The notes under the pieces were generated by a model that saw only the letters and a program-made list of their open reading frames with translations, made no database searches and was not told where the DNA came from. Positions 1 to 10,062 of a stretch of 64,000 nucleotides of DNA are shown one piece after another. How positions within the stretch are numbered: position 1 is the first letter of the stretch; each line of letters begins with the position of its first letter. The translations under genes were made by a program, and so were the position numbers. The DNA is taken from positions 62,001 through 126,000 of the IMG/VR virus record IMGVR_UViG_3300042147_000020; one strand, given 5' to 3'.

Positions 1-40
1 GCTGGACTACACTAGACACAGACCTACCTCCTTGTTCCCC

Positions 41-2017
41 TTACTGTTTGGTAAGATCCCCCATCATCAGGGCATCTAGCGGATGGTCAGGACGCTTCTT
101 CAAGATGAAGGTCTTAATGTCCTGCAACGTGGCTCCTTGACGCTCGTACGCCATACTGGCCGACAAGCTACGGAAGTCCATGTTGTCCTCGTAGTAACCC
201 ACTTCCCCGTTCACTCGATCCAGCGGCAGCCGGTGATCGCGACCTTCCACACTCTCAACCATGGTCGAAAGGATGATGCCTTCCAAGTGAGCAATGTTCA
301 CGCTCAGCTTAGAGCTGATCAGATCGTAGAAAGCAAACAACGCTTCCTCAGTGTTCGAGTAGGTGTTCGACGATTTAACCTTCGAACGTTTGCCACGTAC
401 TTTCCCAGACTTTGTAGGGGCCGCTTTGATGAAACGCTCAATGTCACCCATGTACTCCACCATGTTGGTGTGCTTCATTGGCAACTTGAACATCGTATCA
501 GAGTAATCCCACTGCGACAGATCAATGATGTAGTCGCCGCGAGAGTTGAGTTCCCAACCTACACGTTTAATGTAGATCAGGGCATCTTCGGTCAAGAAGC
601 TCAACCGGCTACCCATGGACACCGACAGGTTGACTTTATCCAAGTTCCCGTCATCAGCGACAATCTCCAGCGTGATGTCAATGATCTCGGAGAGTTTCTC
701 CAGAGGCAGGTTACGAATCGTGCGAACCCGATTGATGTCAGGCAAGCGCGGTGCGTATTCTGCTGAGATCACCATCTTCACGGAGGAACGCTCAGCCAAG
801 TCAGCGCTGAGTTTGATTTCTGCCCCAGTATTCCCCTGTCTGAGATACACAGCATCGTGCTCACAGATATAGAAGTCATCTACTACCGAACTACCGTCCA
901 AGTGTTTGGTCGACAGAACGTTCTGGGATACCAGCTCACATAGAGTGGTGGCACATACGTGACCCAATACAGTGTGTGGCGGAATCGAGAAGGAGATCTC
1001 ACCCAAGCAAACCGAGCAGACGCCGTAGCGATCTGGGTGACGACACTTCAGTACGGAACGCACTTCAATCTCTTCGCCAATCAGTTCACGTGACGACTTC
1101 AGGATTGGCTTCAAGCCTTCTGCCGTCTTGTAGTACTTACCTTCCAACGCTTGGAAGTTACCAGCCGTGACTTTCCACAGGATGGTGTCTTGAGTACCAC
1201 AGTCTTCGTAGTGCACATGCTGCAACGTCGCACAACCCAACTGCATCTTCCGGTTGAAGTACTCGGAGTCAGCCACTGGATCTTTAGCAGCCCAGAGAGC
1301 CTTGGAGGCCGAACGGGATTCTACCAGTGCGTCGTACAGGCTCACCAAGCCCTGGGTGTAGTTACGCATGACCGGATCGTGGAAGATCCGTGAGTCAATG
1401 TCAGTCAGGAAGCCCCGCAAGGAAACTACCTGCAACACCTGACCCAAGCTAACCAGTTTGGACTTTACCGCCTTACCGATAGGATTCCCTTGGAGTTCAT
1501 TGGGATCTTTCAGCACAGCAGACACACCACGATAGGTATCGTCGATGGAGTTCTGCGTAGGCTTAGCCGCAGCGTTCAACGCAGCGATCTTCGGGTGGCG
1601 GATTACGTCAACGAAGTCCGTGATGCAGATACTGGCCACTTCCTCTTCCAGTCCAGTCACGGTGTCGTTGTAGATGTCTTGCTCCACGTCGTAGATCCAA
1701 CCGGACCACTCAGTGTTGTCAAACGCCGTACGCGTGGTGTTGCAATAATCCATCGCTAGGCTACGACCAAACGCCAGCAGGTTGTTGAAGGTATCCTTCG
1801 TCAGGCGCTCATCACCCATGTGCGATTTCTTCAGACACGGAATCTGAGGATACGCACGGTTGAAGATGGCGCAGTACCAAGTAAAGATAGTGGCTTCACG
1901 CTCCACCACCATTTCACCATCGTCGAACACCATGATGAACTTCGCCTCTGGGGATTCCAAGTCCCAGATTTGTTTCTTCGTCAACTGGTAAATGTCACGG
2001 GCGTTGTAACGATTCAT
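41..2017 (-). CDS. Non-virion RNA polymerase beta' subunit, C-terminal part (phiKZ gp74-like)
   Basis: 658 aa. Beta'-type motifs: GLVSLYDALVESRSASKAL, Zn site C-x5-GVCSVCLG, LSTKH. Directly follows the beta C-terminal gene. Confidence 0.88.
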   Translation of the reverse strand: MNRYNARDIYQLTKKQIWDLESPEAKFIMVFDDGEMVVEREATIFTWYCAIFNRAYPQIPCLKKSHMGDERLTKDTFNNLLAFGRSLAMDYCNTTRTAFDNTEWSGWIYDVEQDIYNDTVTGLEEEVASICITDFVDVIRHPKIAALNAAAKPTQNSIDDTYRGVSAVLKDPNELQGNPIGKAVKSKLVSLGQVLQVVSLRGFLTDIDSRIFHDPVMRNYTQGLVSLYDALVESRSASKALWAAKDPVADSEYFNRKMQLGCATLQHVHYEDCGTQDTILWKVTAGNFQALEGKYYKTAEGLKPILKSSRELIGEEIEVRSVLKCRHPDRYGVCSVCLGEISFSIPPHTVLGHVCATTLCELVSQNVLSTKHLDGSSVVDDFYICEHDAVYLRQGNTGAEIKLSADLAERSSVKMVISAEYAPRLPDINRVRTIRNLPLEKLSEIIDITLEIVADDGNLDKVNLSVSMGSRLSFLTEDALIYIKRVGWELNSRGDYIIDLSQWDYSDTMFKLPMKHTNMVEYMGDIERFIKAAPTKSGKVRGKRSKVKSSNTYSNTEEALFAFYDLISSKLSVNIAHLEGIILSTMVESVEGRDHRLPLDRVNGEVGYYEDNMDFRSLSASMAYERQGATLQDIKTFILKKRPDHPLDALMMGDLTKQ

Positions 2018-2026
2018 AGTTCCTCC

Positions 2027-4228
2027 TCAGGACTCTTTCTTATAGACGAAGCGAATACCGGCACATTCAAGGATATGTCGCACGAACAGATTGTTACGAC
2101 CGTTGCCTACTGGATGTTCCTTACGGTCAATAACAGTTTGAATGTCGGTAGGCTTGTCAGCCCGCAAGAGATTGGCCAGAATCTCTTTACCCACGGTTGG
2201 ATTGTTCGACTGGTCGATAATGTCTGCCCAGACAGCACCACCACAAGTTGCCGCACCCAAACGCACTTCTGCTTCACCAGTCATCCGTACCGGCTGAGCT
2301 GCTCCAGGATAACTGTTCTTGTCGCCTTTGGTGATCTTGGCTGGAATGCCGTGGTGTTGCAGCTTCGGTGCAGAAACACCTGACCAATCGCCACCAGTCT
2401 TCTCCAACACAATGATGTCAGCACCGCCAATCAGGATATTCTCCTTCGTGACGATCTTGTTACCATTGATCCCGCCAAACGTAACCGGACCGTATACAGG
2501 AGGGAATTCCGCCCGCAGTTGGTCGATCATGGTTGGGTAATCCACTGGGGAGTTGTTAGGCATCCACAGGTAGATCCCATCACGCAGTACAGTCAGAACG
2601 TGAGGTTCCCCTTTGTTGAGGTAGTCAGGTTCATCCATCACCTGCACCATCCACGGAGAGACAATGAGGTAGAAGCGGCGCAGACGTTGCCAAGCAGCAT
2701 CGCACTTTGCAGGATCTAGACGCGGACCCCAGTTTGGCACTTGAGACTTGAACAGGCTCTGCTTGGCATCTTTAGGAATGTCAGAACCATCTTTCGCAAA
2801 ACCAAACTCAGCACGCAGTTGCTTGGTGAGGCGATCAGCACAGGCGTTGATGTAGGGTTCGTACAGACAGCCCAAGTTCATACGCTTGATCACGGAATAT
2901 GGTTCCATGATAATGTCCGCACGGTTGCCTTCAGCATCGACTGGCATCCGGTGGGCTGGCCACACTTGACAGATTACGCCCTTGTTACCGTGGAACCCAG
3001 ACAGCTTCGCACCATCAGTAGGCTGCGTTTCGAACTCAATGGTGATCTCAACACGCCAATCGTCCAGAGGCTGACGACGGTGAGTCTTGTTCACCTGAAC
3101 ACTTTGAGCACCGTGTGGACGGTTCACGTAACCCAAGGCTTCAAAGATCAAGCGATGGAACTCGTGGCTCAGGTTCAAGTTCGGGCCGTATTCCTTCTTG
3201 AGTTGCTTGTGGACTTCCAGAATCCGGTTGTAGAACCGCATGGCTGCCTGATGATACTTGCTCATCTGACGTTCCATACCCACTGGAGTCGGTGGGTTAC
3301 GGTTGGTATCATCGTGGTGTACCACAATGTCCACTACACGGGCCCGAGGCGTCACGTAGGTGAGTCGGTCGTAGACGTAGTCCACTTCCTTCAGTGCAGC
3401 CACCGACATCTCTACAGGAGCTAGCAGAGGGTTGTACGGACGGGTTGCAAACAACAGACCATCTGCACGGACGTAGTCACCAATGTCCGGGAATGGCTTG
3501 TACTCGTCAGGACGGTTGGGGTCAGCGTACAGGTTCAGGAACATGTGGTTCTTACCTGCGGACTCCACATACTTCTTGAAGCCCTTCGCGGTGATCTTCG
3601 GCAGCACGTCGTCTGCTACAATCACACCGTCTTCAATCACGCCTGCAAGTGACATGTACGCCACCTTCAGTTCCAGCGATGGCGTGTAGTTACCGTGTTC
3701 GTCAATGTTCGGCGAGTCAGCTACCACAGAACCGGCTGGGATACGACTACCAGCATACAGCTTGGTGGACAAGTCCTTGTTGAACTTGTACTTAAAGCCG
3801 AAGTACTGGTGGTTACAGTTGAAACGTGGGACAGACATCATCCCGACTTCTTTTGTTTCTGCATCTTCGTAGATGTAAATCGTTTCAGGGTTTTCGACAA
3901 TGGAGTCACCACCCATGGTCTGAGGGTACCGCTCAATCTCAGCAATGATGGTAACGTTGGTGTCGAACTTCTTTGCAAAGGTGAATTTACCAAACTCACG
4001 CTCAGTACCAGTCTGCTGGCGGCGTTTGCTGGCCCCTTTGATCACAAGGGCTTGGCCGAGCTGAGAGTTAACCATCTGCACCCGAGAAGCACTGTTACCA
4101 CGGATGTGGGTAATCATGCTGCCCATACCACCGATCTCTGGAAACAGTTGGTATTCTGTTGCCATCGGATCTTGGTTCATGTAGTGCGGAATCGGGTTAC
4201 CACTTGCGTCGACGGGTGATTCGTTCAT
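2027..4228 (-). CDS. Non-virion RNA polymerase beta subunit, C-terminal part (phiKZ gp71-73-like), uninterrupted
   Basis: 733 aa. GAKLSGFHGNKGV (GDKxxxRHGNKG equivalent), KLQHHG, RMTGEAEVRL (GEME equivalent). Confidence 0.9.
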   Translation of the reverse strand: MNESPVDASGNPIPHYMNQDPMATEYQLFPEIGGMGSMITHIRGNSASRVQMVNSQLGQALVIKGASKRRQQTGTEREFGKFTFAKKFDTNVTIIAEIERYPQTMGGDSIVENPETIYIYEDAETKEVGMMSVPRFNCNHQYFGFKYKFNKDLSTKLYAGSRIPAGSVVADSPNIDEHGNYTPSLELKVAYMSLAGVIEDGVIVADDVLPKITAKGFKKYVESAGKNHMFLNLYADPNRPDEYKPFPDIGDYVRADGLLFATRPYNPLLAPVEMSVAALKEVDYVYDRLTYVTPRARVVDIVVHHDDTNRNPPTPVGMERQMSKYHQAAMRFYNRILEVHKQLKKEYGPNLNLSHEFHRLIFEALGYVNRPHGAQSVQVNKTHRRQPLDDWRVEITIEFETQPTDGAKLSGFHGNKGVICQVWPAHRMPVDAEGNRADIIMEPYSVIKRMNLGCLYEPYINACADRLTKQLRAEFGFAKDGSDIPKDAKQSLFKSQVPNWGPRLDPAKCDAAWQRLRRFYLIVSPWMVQVMDEPDYLNKGEPHVLTVLRDGIYLWMPNNSPVDYPTMIDQLRAEFPPVYGPVTFGGINGNKIVTKENILIGGADIIVLEKTGGDWSGVSAPKLQHHGIPAKITKGDKNSYPGAAQPVRMTGEAEVRLGAATCGGAVWADIIDQSNNPTVGKEILANLLRADKPTDIQTVIDRKEHPVGNGRNNLFVRHILECAGIRFVYKKES

Positions 4229-4293
4229 AAAGCGCTCCTAACAGGGTGGAGTTAATACAGGAGATCTTGGATGCACGTACCCTTGATCCCATT

Positions 4294-4311
4294 AATAATA
4301 TAGGTTTCAAA
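4294..4311 (-). promoter_or_regulatory. Early (virion-RNAP) promoter, TATATTA(C/T) class
   Basis: Minus strand TTTGAAACCTATATTATT, ~70 nt upstream of the beta gene. Matches the phiKZ early consensus TATATTAC and recurs 9 times in the window. Confidence 0.7.
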
Positions 4312-4340
4312 AGCTTTTTAATGAACGTGAGGTTCTGACC

Positions 4341-4685
4341 ATGGCAATGCCAATAGACCAGTTGCAGGTTAACAGTGGGGCAGCTATCTATTACGATGCT
4401 GCGTTCCGTCGCGTGCTGGAAACCCACATGGGACTCCTACGCAACCTAGCCTCAACACAACTTGTACAGATCGAAGCACAACTGGCGTATAAGTACGAAT
4501 TCGACTTCTACGGACTGTTGCAGGAAAAGGGTGTGGCTGAACACATGCACTGGGTTATCCTTCGTGTGAACGATATGGTTGACCCGCGAGAGTTCAAGTC
4601 TACGATGGATCGGCTGTATGTTCCCTCGGCAGAAGTGGTTGACGCCATCCGAAAGCTTCACATGACCAGCGCTACAAAGATTTAA
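4341..4685 (+). CDS. Small conserved protein, possibly T4 gp53/LysM-like baseplate wedge type
   Basis: 114 aa against the main strand. YEFDFYGLL...HWVILRVNDMVDP resembles the gp53-like WxILxxNxxxDP pattern. Confidence 0.5.
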   Translation: MAMPIDQLQVNSGAAIYYDAAFRRVLETHMGLLRNLASTQLVQIEAQLAYKYEFDFYGLLQEKGVAEHMHWVILRVNDMVDPREFKSTMDRLYVPSAEVVDAIRKLHMTSATKI

Positions 4686-4691
4686 CAAGAC

Positions 4692-4731
4692 AAAAAAAGA
4701 AAGGGAGCGTGAGCCCCCTTTCTTTATGCCG
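4692..4731. terminator. Bidirectional intrinsic terminator with TTTATGCCG flank
   Basis: A-tract, AAAGGGAGC-GTGA-GCCCCCTTT hairpin, then TTTATGCCG, between convergent genes. Confidence 0.75.
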
Positions 4732-4732
4732 C

Positions 4733-6037
4733 TTAGATCCCGTTCGGGAACATTACCGCTGGCTGGTTAAAGCTTTGGGGTGTGTTGAAGAACCCCTGCG
4801 GTTGTGCCTGTTGAACGTAGCCGCCACGCGTTACTTGTTGTGGCTGCTGGAACTGTTGCTGCGGTTGGTTACGGAACAGCCCAGGTTGCTGGAACTGTTG
4901 TTGTTGCTTGAACAGCGCTTGCTGCTGTTGCAGAGCTGGGTTGTGCGAGACGACCGAGTTCCACGACAGACCAGAACCAGTGCTAGCAACAGGCGCTGGC
5001 GCTGGAGCAGGTTGCTGGGTGAAACCCGTTGGCGCTGGCTGTTCGTTCCATGGTGGAACAAACGCCGCCGGTTTGGCTTCGGACTCACGGTCAACCACAG
5101 CTTGTGCAAACTTGCTGGTGTCAACGTGTGGGTGCTGGTGCGGTTTTGCCTGAGTGGACTCAGCAGCTTCACCGGAATCGCCTTCGTTACCGGACAGCGA
5201 CGGGATCAGGTCACGATACTGGGCCAGATCAGCGATATGCTTCTCAAAACCCAACTCGATGTGCAGGTCCGCCGGGTTGTCCAAGTGTTTCTTGAACAGG
5301 TTAGTAACCTTGTTCAGTTTGCTGGCGATCTTCGCGTAGCTGGTCAGCAGTGCGTGCAGGTTCGGAGCAGCCAAGCTATTGCTACCGAAGGAGTAGGTTT
5401 CACCTTCAGCATCAGGTAGCACGTAGTTGAACAAGGCGGTGATGGCCTTCTTGTTCTTCAGGCTGTTCAGGTTTACGCCACAAGCGTAAGTACCTTCCGA
5501 CTTCAGTTGCTCGATCAGAGGGAAGTCCACTACGCACACGCGCTGGAACTTCTTACCCTTGTACTCGCCACCGCGCTTGACGTACATGTTGATCATGCGG
5601 TGTTCGCCGTCGATCGACACTACGTCCAGCAGTTTTTCCAGCTTGGTCAGAGTTTCTTCCTTGACGTTCGGGATCAGGTCGAGGAATTCATTCTGCGTTG
5701 GCGACAACTTCTTGTGGTAGTCGTGATCAACCGCGATGCCCATCAGCTCGGTCACCAAGCAGGTAGCCACGGTGGTCAGGCGGTTCAGGCAGGCGATCTT
5801 CAGTTTGCGGAACACTGGGGATTCGCCACGGATGATTGCTTCGGACAGTGGGTGGAACGCGAGGGTGTTCGCCCAGTCCGGATTCGCCAGCACGTCATGT
5901 ACTGGCAGAACCAGACGCTTGCCGCTCACTTGCACCGGAACTTTGTTGTTGCCGATCACGAAGCTGATCAAGTGGTTTTCATCGACCACGAAATTAACAG
6001 ACTTCAGGATCGACTGATACAACTCGATGATAGTCAT
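4733..6037 (-). CDS. picA: Candidate nuclear-shell import protein PicA/Imp1 (phiKZ gp69 position) with Q/P-rich C-terminal tail
   Basis: ~434 aa, ATGA-coupled to the gp68-like gene. Assignment is by synteny (gp68, this gene, small opposite-strand gene, beta). Confidence 0.6.
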   Translation of the reverse strand: MTIIELYQSILKSVNFVVDENHLISFVIGNNKVPVQVSGKRLVLPVHDVLANPDWANTLAFHPLSEAIIRGESPVFRKLKIACLNRLTTVATCLVTELMGIAVDHDYHKKLSPTQNEFLDLIPNVKEETLTKLEKLLDVVSIDGEHRMINMYVKRGGEYKGKKFQRVCVVDFPLIEQLKSEGTYACGVNLNSLKNKKAITALFNYVLPDAEGETYSFGSNSLAAPNLHALLTSYAKIASKLNKVTNLFKKHLDNPADLHIELGFEKHIADLAQYRDLIPSLSGNEGDSGEAAESTQAKPHQHPHVDTSKFAQAVVDRESEAKPAAFVPPWNEQPAPTGFTQQPAPAPAPVASTGSGLSWNSVVSHNPALQQQQALFKQQQQFQQPGLFRNQPQQQFQQPQQVTRGGYVQQAQPQGFFNTPQSFNQPAVMFPNGI

Positions 6038-7560
6038 AGTTGACCTTCCCAAGGATTGTGGATGTTGCCGCCAACAGGTGGGACGACGAGATTATTGGAC
6101 TGTGCGTGTTGATGGTGTTGAGCCATCCCTTGTTGCACAGAGTGTTTGATGTCCAAGTTGTTGGCCATCTGATCGAAGTCCTTCACCAGGCCGAAGACGG
6201 CTTCTTGGTTATACGACATCACCGGTGCAGTCAGTGCATCAGCGAACCCAGTGAAGCAGTGAGGAGCCATTGTCCCACCATTCAAAGAGATGTTGACGTA
6301 CGTCTCACCGAACATGTCCACTTGAACAGACATGTTGAACTTGGTCATGCGGTTGTTCGACAACCCTTGCAACACGCTGCCGATCAGCCGTTGTTTGAAC
6401 ATCTCGATATACCGAGTCATGTCCATCTGAGCGAACGACAGGTAGTTCGGTGCGATGTCCACCACGTACTCACCACCGAGGGTATCGTTGGTTGCAGTGA
6501 AGTTCAGACCGATCAGCATCAGTTCCGACATGATTGCAGGAACTTCGCGGGCCACCGTAGTAGCCGCCATGCATTCAGGTGTTGCTGCTGCAAGGTTAGC
6601 GGTTTGACCAGCTTGGTGCAATTGCTGCACGTACTTGGATTCACCACCAGTCACAGCAGCGACGTGGTCGAGGCCAGGGCTAACCTGACACAGCGAACCG
6701 TACGTGATGCTACCGTCTTCGTTGAAGTTCAACGTACGGCAGATCGCATGGAACAGCGGATCTTCGTTGATCACCGACTCAGCCACGTTACCGATGGCGT
6801 ACGACATGGCTTCCGCAGGAGAGGACATGCCACCCATTGCGTTGGTAACCGAATCCCGATAGTTGCTCAGGACGGTAGACATGTAGACGTTGGTCAGCTC
6901 GTTGCTACGGCGAGACTTCTTCGGCAGCAAGTCTGCGAAGAGCAGACGACCATCGTTGTAAGGCTCAGTCCCGGACTGCATCGACACTTCCATAATGCTG
7001 AAGATGTCTTCTGGGCGGGTGGACATTGCCACTTCCGACTGGTCTTGGTTGAAGCTTGGGTTGTACTTACCGAACAGCAGGTGACTGGAATCAATCACCG
7101 AGGAACGAACCGCGTTGCCGTGACCAGCATCGTAAGTGCTGTGTTGCAGTGTCACGGTGTTATTGAAGAACAGCTTCATGGCTGGGTCGAATACGACCTG
7201 ATTGTTGTTGGTGCGGTGGTAGCCTGGGTAATCGGTGTAGCCCGTCACGTAGCTGATCAGGTTGGCACCCATCGCTTGGCTATGGACTTCCATCATGAAA
7301 CGCAGGCGCTGTTCGCCCCAACCGTTTGCAATCTGGATGTTGGTCATCAAGTCTGCCTTCGGACGCAGCAGTTGACCAGAGAACGGTGCCAGAACACCGG
7401 CGTTGATGTTACGACCGCCTTTGGTTACTTCTTGCAGGATCGACATGGACTGGAAGTCGATGTTGTCGCCTAGGTAGAACGGACGGAGGAACTGGTCGCC
7501 GTAAGTACCGGTTGGGCAGAACAACAACTTGGTAATCTGGAAGCTTGCACGAGGGTTCAT
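6034..7560 (-). CDS. nvRNAP promoter-specificity (sigma-like) subunit, phiKZ gp68-like
   Basis: 508 aa. N-terminus ITKLLFCPTGTYGDQFLRPF, size and position typical of gp68 homologues. Confidence 0.7.
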   Translation of the reverse strand: MNPRASFQITKLLFCPTGTYGDQFLRPFYLGDNIDFQSMSILQEVTKGGRNINAGVLAPFSGQLLRPKADLMTNIQIANGWGEQRLRFMMEVHSQAMGANLISYVTGYTDYPGYHRTNNNQVVFDPAMKLFFNNTVTLQHSTYDAGHGNAVRSSVIDSSHLLFGKYNPSFNQDQSEVAMSTRPEDIFSIMEVSMQSGTEPYNDGRLLFADLLPKKSRRSNELTNVYMSTVLSNYRDSVTNAMGGMSSPAEAMSYAIGNVAESVINEDPLFHAICRTLNFNEDGSITYGSLCQVSPGLDHVAAVTGGESKYVQQLHQAGQTANLAAATPECMAATTVAREVPAIMSELMLIGLNFTATNDTLGGEYVVDIAPNYLSFAQMDMTRYIEMFKQRLIGSVLQGLSNNRMTKFNMSVQVDMFGETYVNISLNGGTMAPHCFTGFADALTAPVMSYNQEAVFGLVKDFDQMANNLDIKHSVQQGMAQHHQHAQSNNLVVPPVGGNIHNPWEGQL

Positions 7561-7590
7561 CTTTTCTTCGACCTTCTTTAGTCAGGGAGA

Positions 7591-9111
7591 TTAGGTTGGG
7601 ACGCGTTCGAGAATCAAGCGAGCCAACTGGTTCTTGATCTCAGCCGGAACGACCATGTCGCCGTTCACAACGTGCTTCGCTACATCTGGCAGCAACTCTT
7701 TAGGCAAGTTCAACGACCAATAGCACTTGGACATTTCGCTGGTCAGCAGGTTGATTGCACGGATAGCGACGTTGTTCTGACGATCCGACTGTGGTTTACC
7801 ACTCTGACGCTGGGCGTAAGGGTAGCGTTCCATCAAGGCTGCGATGTACTCTTTGGAGACGCGTGCACGGAAATCACCCGTGGTCAGTGCGTACTCTTCA
7901 TCGTAGACGGCAGGTTGGGCAGTCATCAGCGCTGCCAGTTCTTTGTAACCCCAGTGCCACAACAACGCTTGGGTTACCCCAATCGTGCGCAGTAGTGCTG
8001 GTTTGCTCAGGCTTGGGATAGCCCGTGCCGACAGCGAACGTGCCATTACCCACTGACACAAGGTCATGTGGTGTTGATCAACCCGCATGTTGGTCATCTG
8101 GATGGAAATCCCCACGAACCCTTCGACTAACTCGATTGGTACGGTTGGATCGACCTTTACCGCCATAGCAGTATAGTTCTCTGTATAAACAGACAGCATG
8201 ATGATGTCGCCGTTGGACACCTCTTGCTTGATCTTGTAGTTCTCAGCCGAAGACATGTTATCTTCTTCAGCCTTCTCCGCCGCATTGCGCTTTGGAATGA
8301 TGCTACCCGCTTTCCAGAAGTTCCGGTCGAGCGAGTTCAGGCTGGTGTCAATAGTGTGGAATACGTTGGAGATCACGCTGGAGTTGTTATCCTCCACGGT
8401 CACTTCACCAATACTCACCTTACGGACAATCACCTTTGCCAACAACCAGTCTGGCAATTCGGTAGATCCCAACGACTTGAACACGGCCCCGTTAGAGACT
8501 TTCTCCAGTTGTGCGTAGGAATCAATGTACACCCGCAGACGATCCATTGCTGGACAGTCGTAGATCCACGCTTCGCTGATCAGCGACATCGCGTACCATT
8601 CCTTGTAGTTGTTGCCAACTTCTCGGAAGATCTGTTCCACGTATTCGCCGAAGATTGGAACCATCGGACGGTGCGCTACCGACATCACACCCAACTGGTA
8701 GTAGTCGTCACGCAGATACGTTTTGTTTTGCGGCTTGTCGTCGTACTCGGTTTTGGTAGTCGTCGGGATTACTACCTTACCGTGCATCCGCATCCACGAG
8801 GTGAGGTCATCACTAGGGATACAGCCGTACATTTCCCGGACCAACTTGATCAGACGTTTCTTCATCCGATCTTTATCCGCTACAGTCTTGATGACTTCGT
8901 GGATTGCTACGTAGTGCGCCCAGATCGCATCCTGCTGGTGCGAAGGGAGAGATGCAAAGAATGCGTTGATCTGCGTGAACAGGTTCGGCAAGTCTTTGAA
9001 ATTGTTCCGACGATAGATAATCGAAACGCCCCAGTCCAGAAACTCATCGCCGTGCACGGTACGGAGAGTGGTGAGTTCGCTGGGCTTTTCACTGATGTTA
9101 TCAATACGCAT
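7591..9111 (-). CDS. Conserved chimallivirus protein (phiKZ gp67/Imp6 position)
   Basis: ~506 aa, AGGA RBS before ATG at 9111, own early promoter. Function inferred from synteny only. Confidence 0.55.
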   Translation of the reverse strand: MRIDNISEKPSELTTLRTVHGDEFLDWGVSIIYRRNNFKDLPNLFTQINAFFASLPSHQQDAIWAHYVAIHEVIKTVADKDRMKKRLIKLVREMYGCIPSDDLTSWMRMHGKVVIPTTTKTEYDDKPQNKTYLRDDYYQLGVMSVAHRPMVPIFGEYVEQIFREVGNNYKEWYAMSLISEAWIYDCPAMDRLRVYIDSYAQLEKVSNGAVFKSLGSTELPDWLLAKVIVRKVSIGEVTVEDNNSSVISNVFHTIDTSLNSLDRNFWKAGSIIPKRNAAEKAEEDNMSSAENYKIKQEVSNGDIIMLSVYTENYTAMAVKVDPTVPIELVEGFVGISIQMTNMRVDQHHMTLCQWVMARSLSARAIPSLSKPALLRTIGVTQALLWHWGYKELAALMTAQPAVYDEEYALTTGDFRARVSKEYIAALMERYPYAQRQSGKPQSDRQNNVAIRAINLLTSEMSKCYWSLNLPKELLPDVAKHVVNGDMVVPAEIKNQLARLILERVPT

Positions 9112-9141
9112 ACGTTCTATCCTAGTGGAGTACTGCAACTA

Positions 9142-9159
9142 GATGATATATACTTCAAA
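9142..9159 (-). promoter_or_regulatory. Early promoter variant
   Basis: Minus strand TTTGAAGTATATATCATC. Confidence 0.55.
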
Positions 9160-9262
9160 TATCTTTGTATGGCATACAGCCAACACATAGTCCGGCTATG
9201 AGAGACAGGAGGACTTAGAGTCGAGCCAGGTCGTATTGACCCAGCTCTCCTCTATTCAGTAG

Positions 9263-9994
9263 TTACATCGGGAAGTCGTCGTCGTCGAAGCCGCCAGCCT
9301 GAGTCTGGTTGCCGCCGCCTTCGTTACGCTGTTTCCAGCCACCACCATCACCGCCACCTTGGCGCTGTTGGCCACCGCCCTGAGGACGCTGCTGTTGACC
9401 GCCACCACCGTTGAAGTCTTTCTTCACCGGCTCAACGTACTCTTTCACAGCTACGGCAGCCATCATGTTGGCCAGCATGTTGCGATAGCCGCGCAGGAAG
9501 TAGTTGGACGCTTGGCGTTTGTCCATCGGATTACCGTCGGTGCCAATCATGGCGTGGTAGTTCGATGGTAGCAGGTTGAACTTCAGGTACGGGCGATCTT
9601 TCGCCACGACAGCCAAGAACAGGCAGCCTTCTTTGTCACGACCGACACAGGTAGTGGAAACCAGCTTCGGTTGGTCGGAACGCTTGCCTTCGAAGAAGGT
9701 GTGGTTCAGGTTCTGGATCTTCAGAACCATGCCGTCTTCCAGGGTCAGTGCGTCTTGCATCGCTTCGAGCAACATGTAGAACGTAGGCATGTCCATCGCA
9801 GCGCGGATGTTGCCGTTCATCTTGTCGTTCGGGACGTTGGTGTAAACGTCGATGCGCGGGTTGTTGCTTACCAGCGAGATCGCGAACGAGCCAGGCTTTT
9901 GTGCACCCTGAGCAGGTGGGCAAGACAGACGGAGTTTGAACTCGTCCATTGCGTTCTTGGCGCGAGGTGGGGCTTGAAATTGTGGACCGGCCAT
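9263..9994 (-). CDS. Putative single-stranded DNA-binding protein
   Basis: 243 aa. Beta-rich core, G/Q-rich linker and acidic tip DDDDFPM resembling bacterial SSB DDDIPF. Confidence 0.5.
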   Translation of the reverse strand: MAGPQFQAPPRAKNAMDEFKLRLSCPPAQGAQKPGSFAISLVSNNPRIDVYTNVPNDKMNGNIRAAMDMPTFYMLLEAMQDALTLEDGMVLKIQNLNHTFFEGKRSDQPKLVSTTCVGRDKEGCLFLAVVAKDRPYLKFNLLPSNYHAMIGTDGNPMDKRQASNYFLRGYRNMLANMMAAVAVKEYVEPVKKDFNGGGGQQQRPQGGGQQRQGGGDGGGWKQRNEGGGNQTQAGGFDDDDFPM

Positions 9995-10062
9995 TTTGAA
10001 TCTCCAGAACTTTTGTTTCGTACAAATTATGGGAGTTCCCCGTATTTCAATACAGGGAGTCG

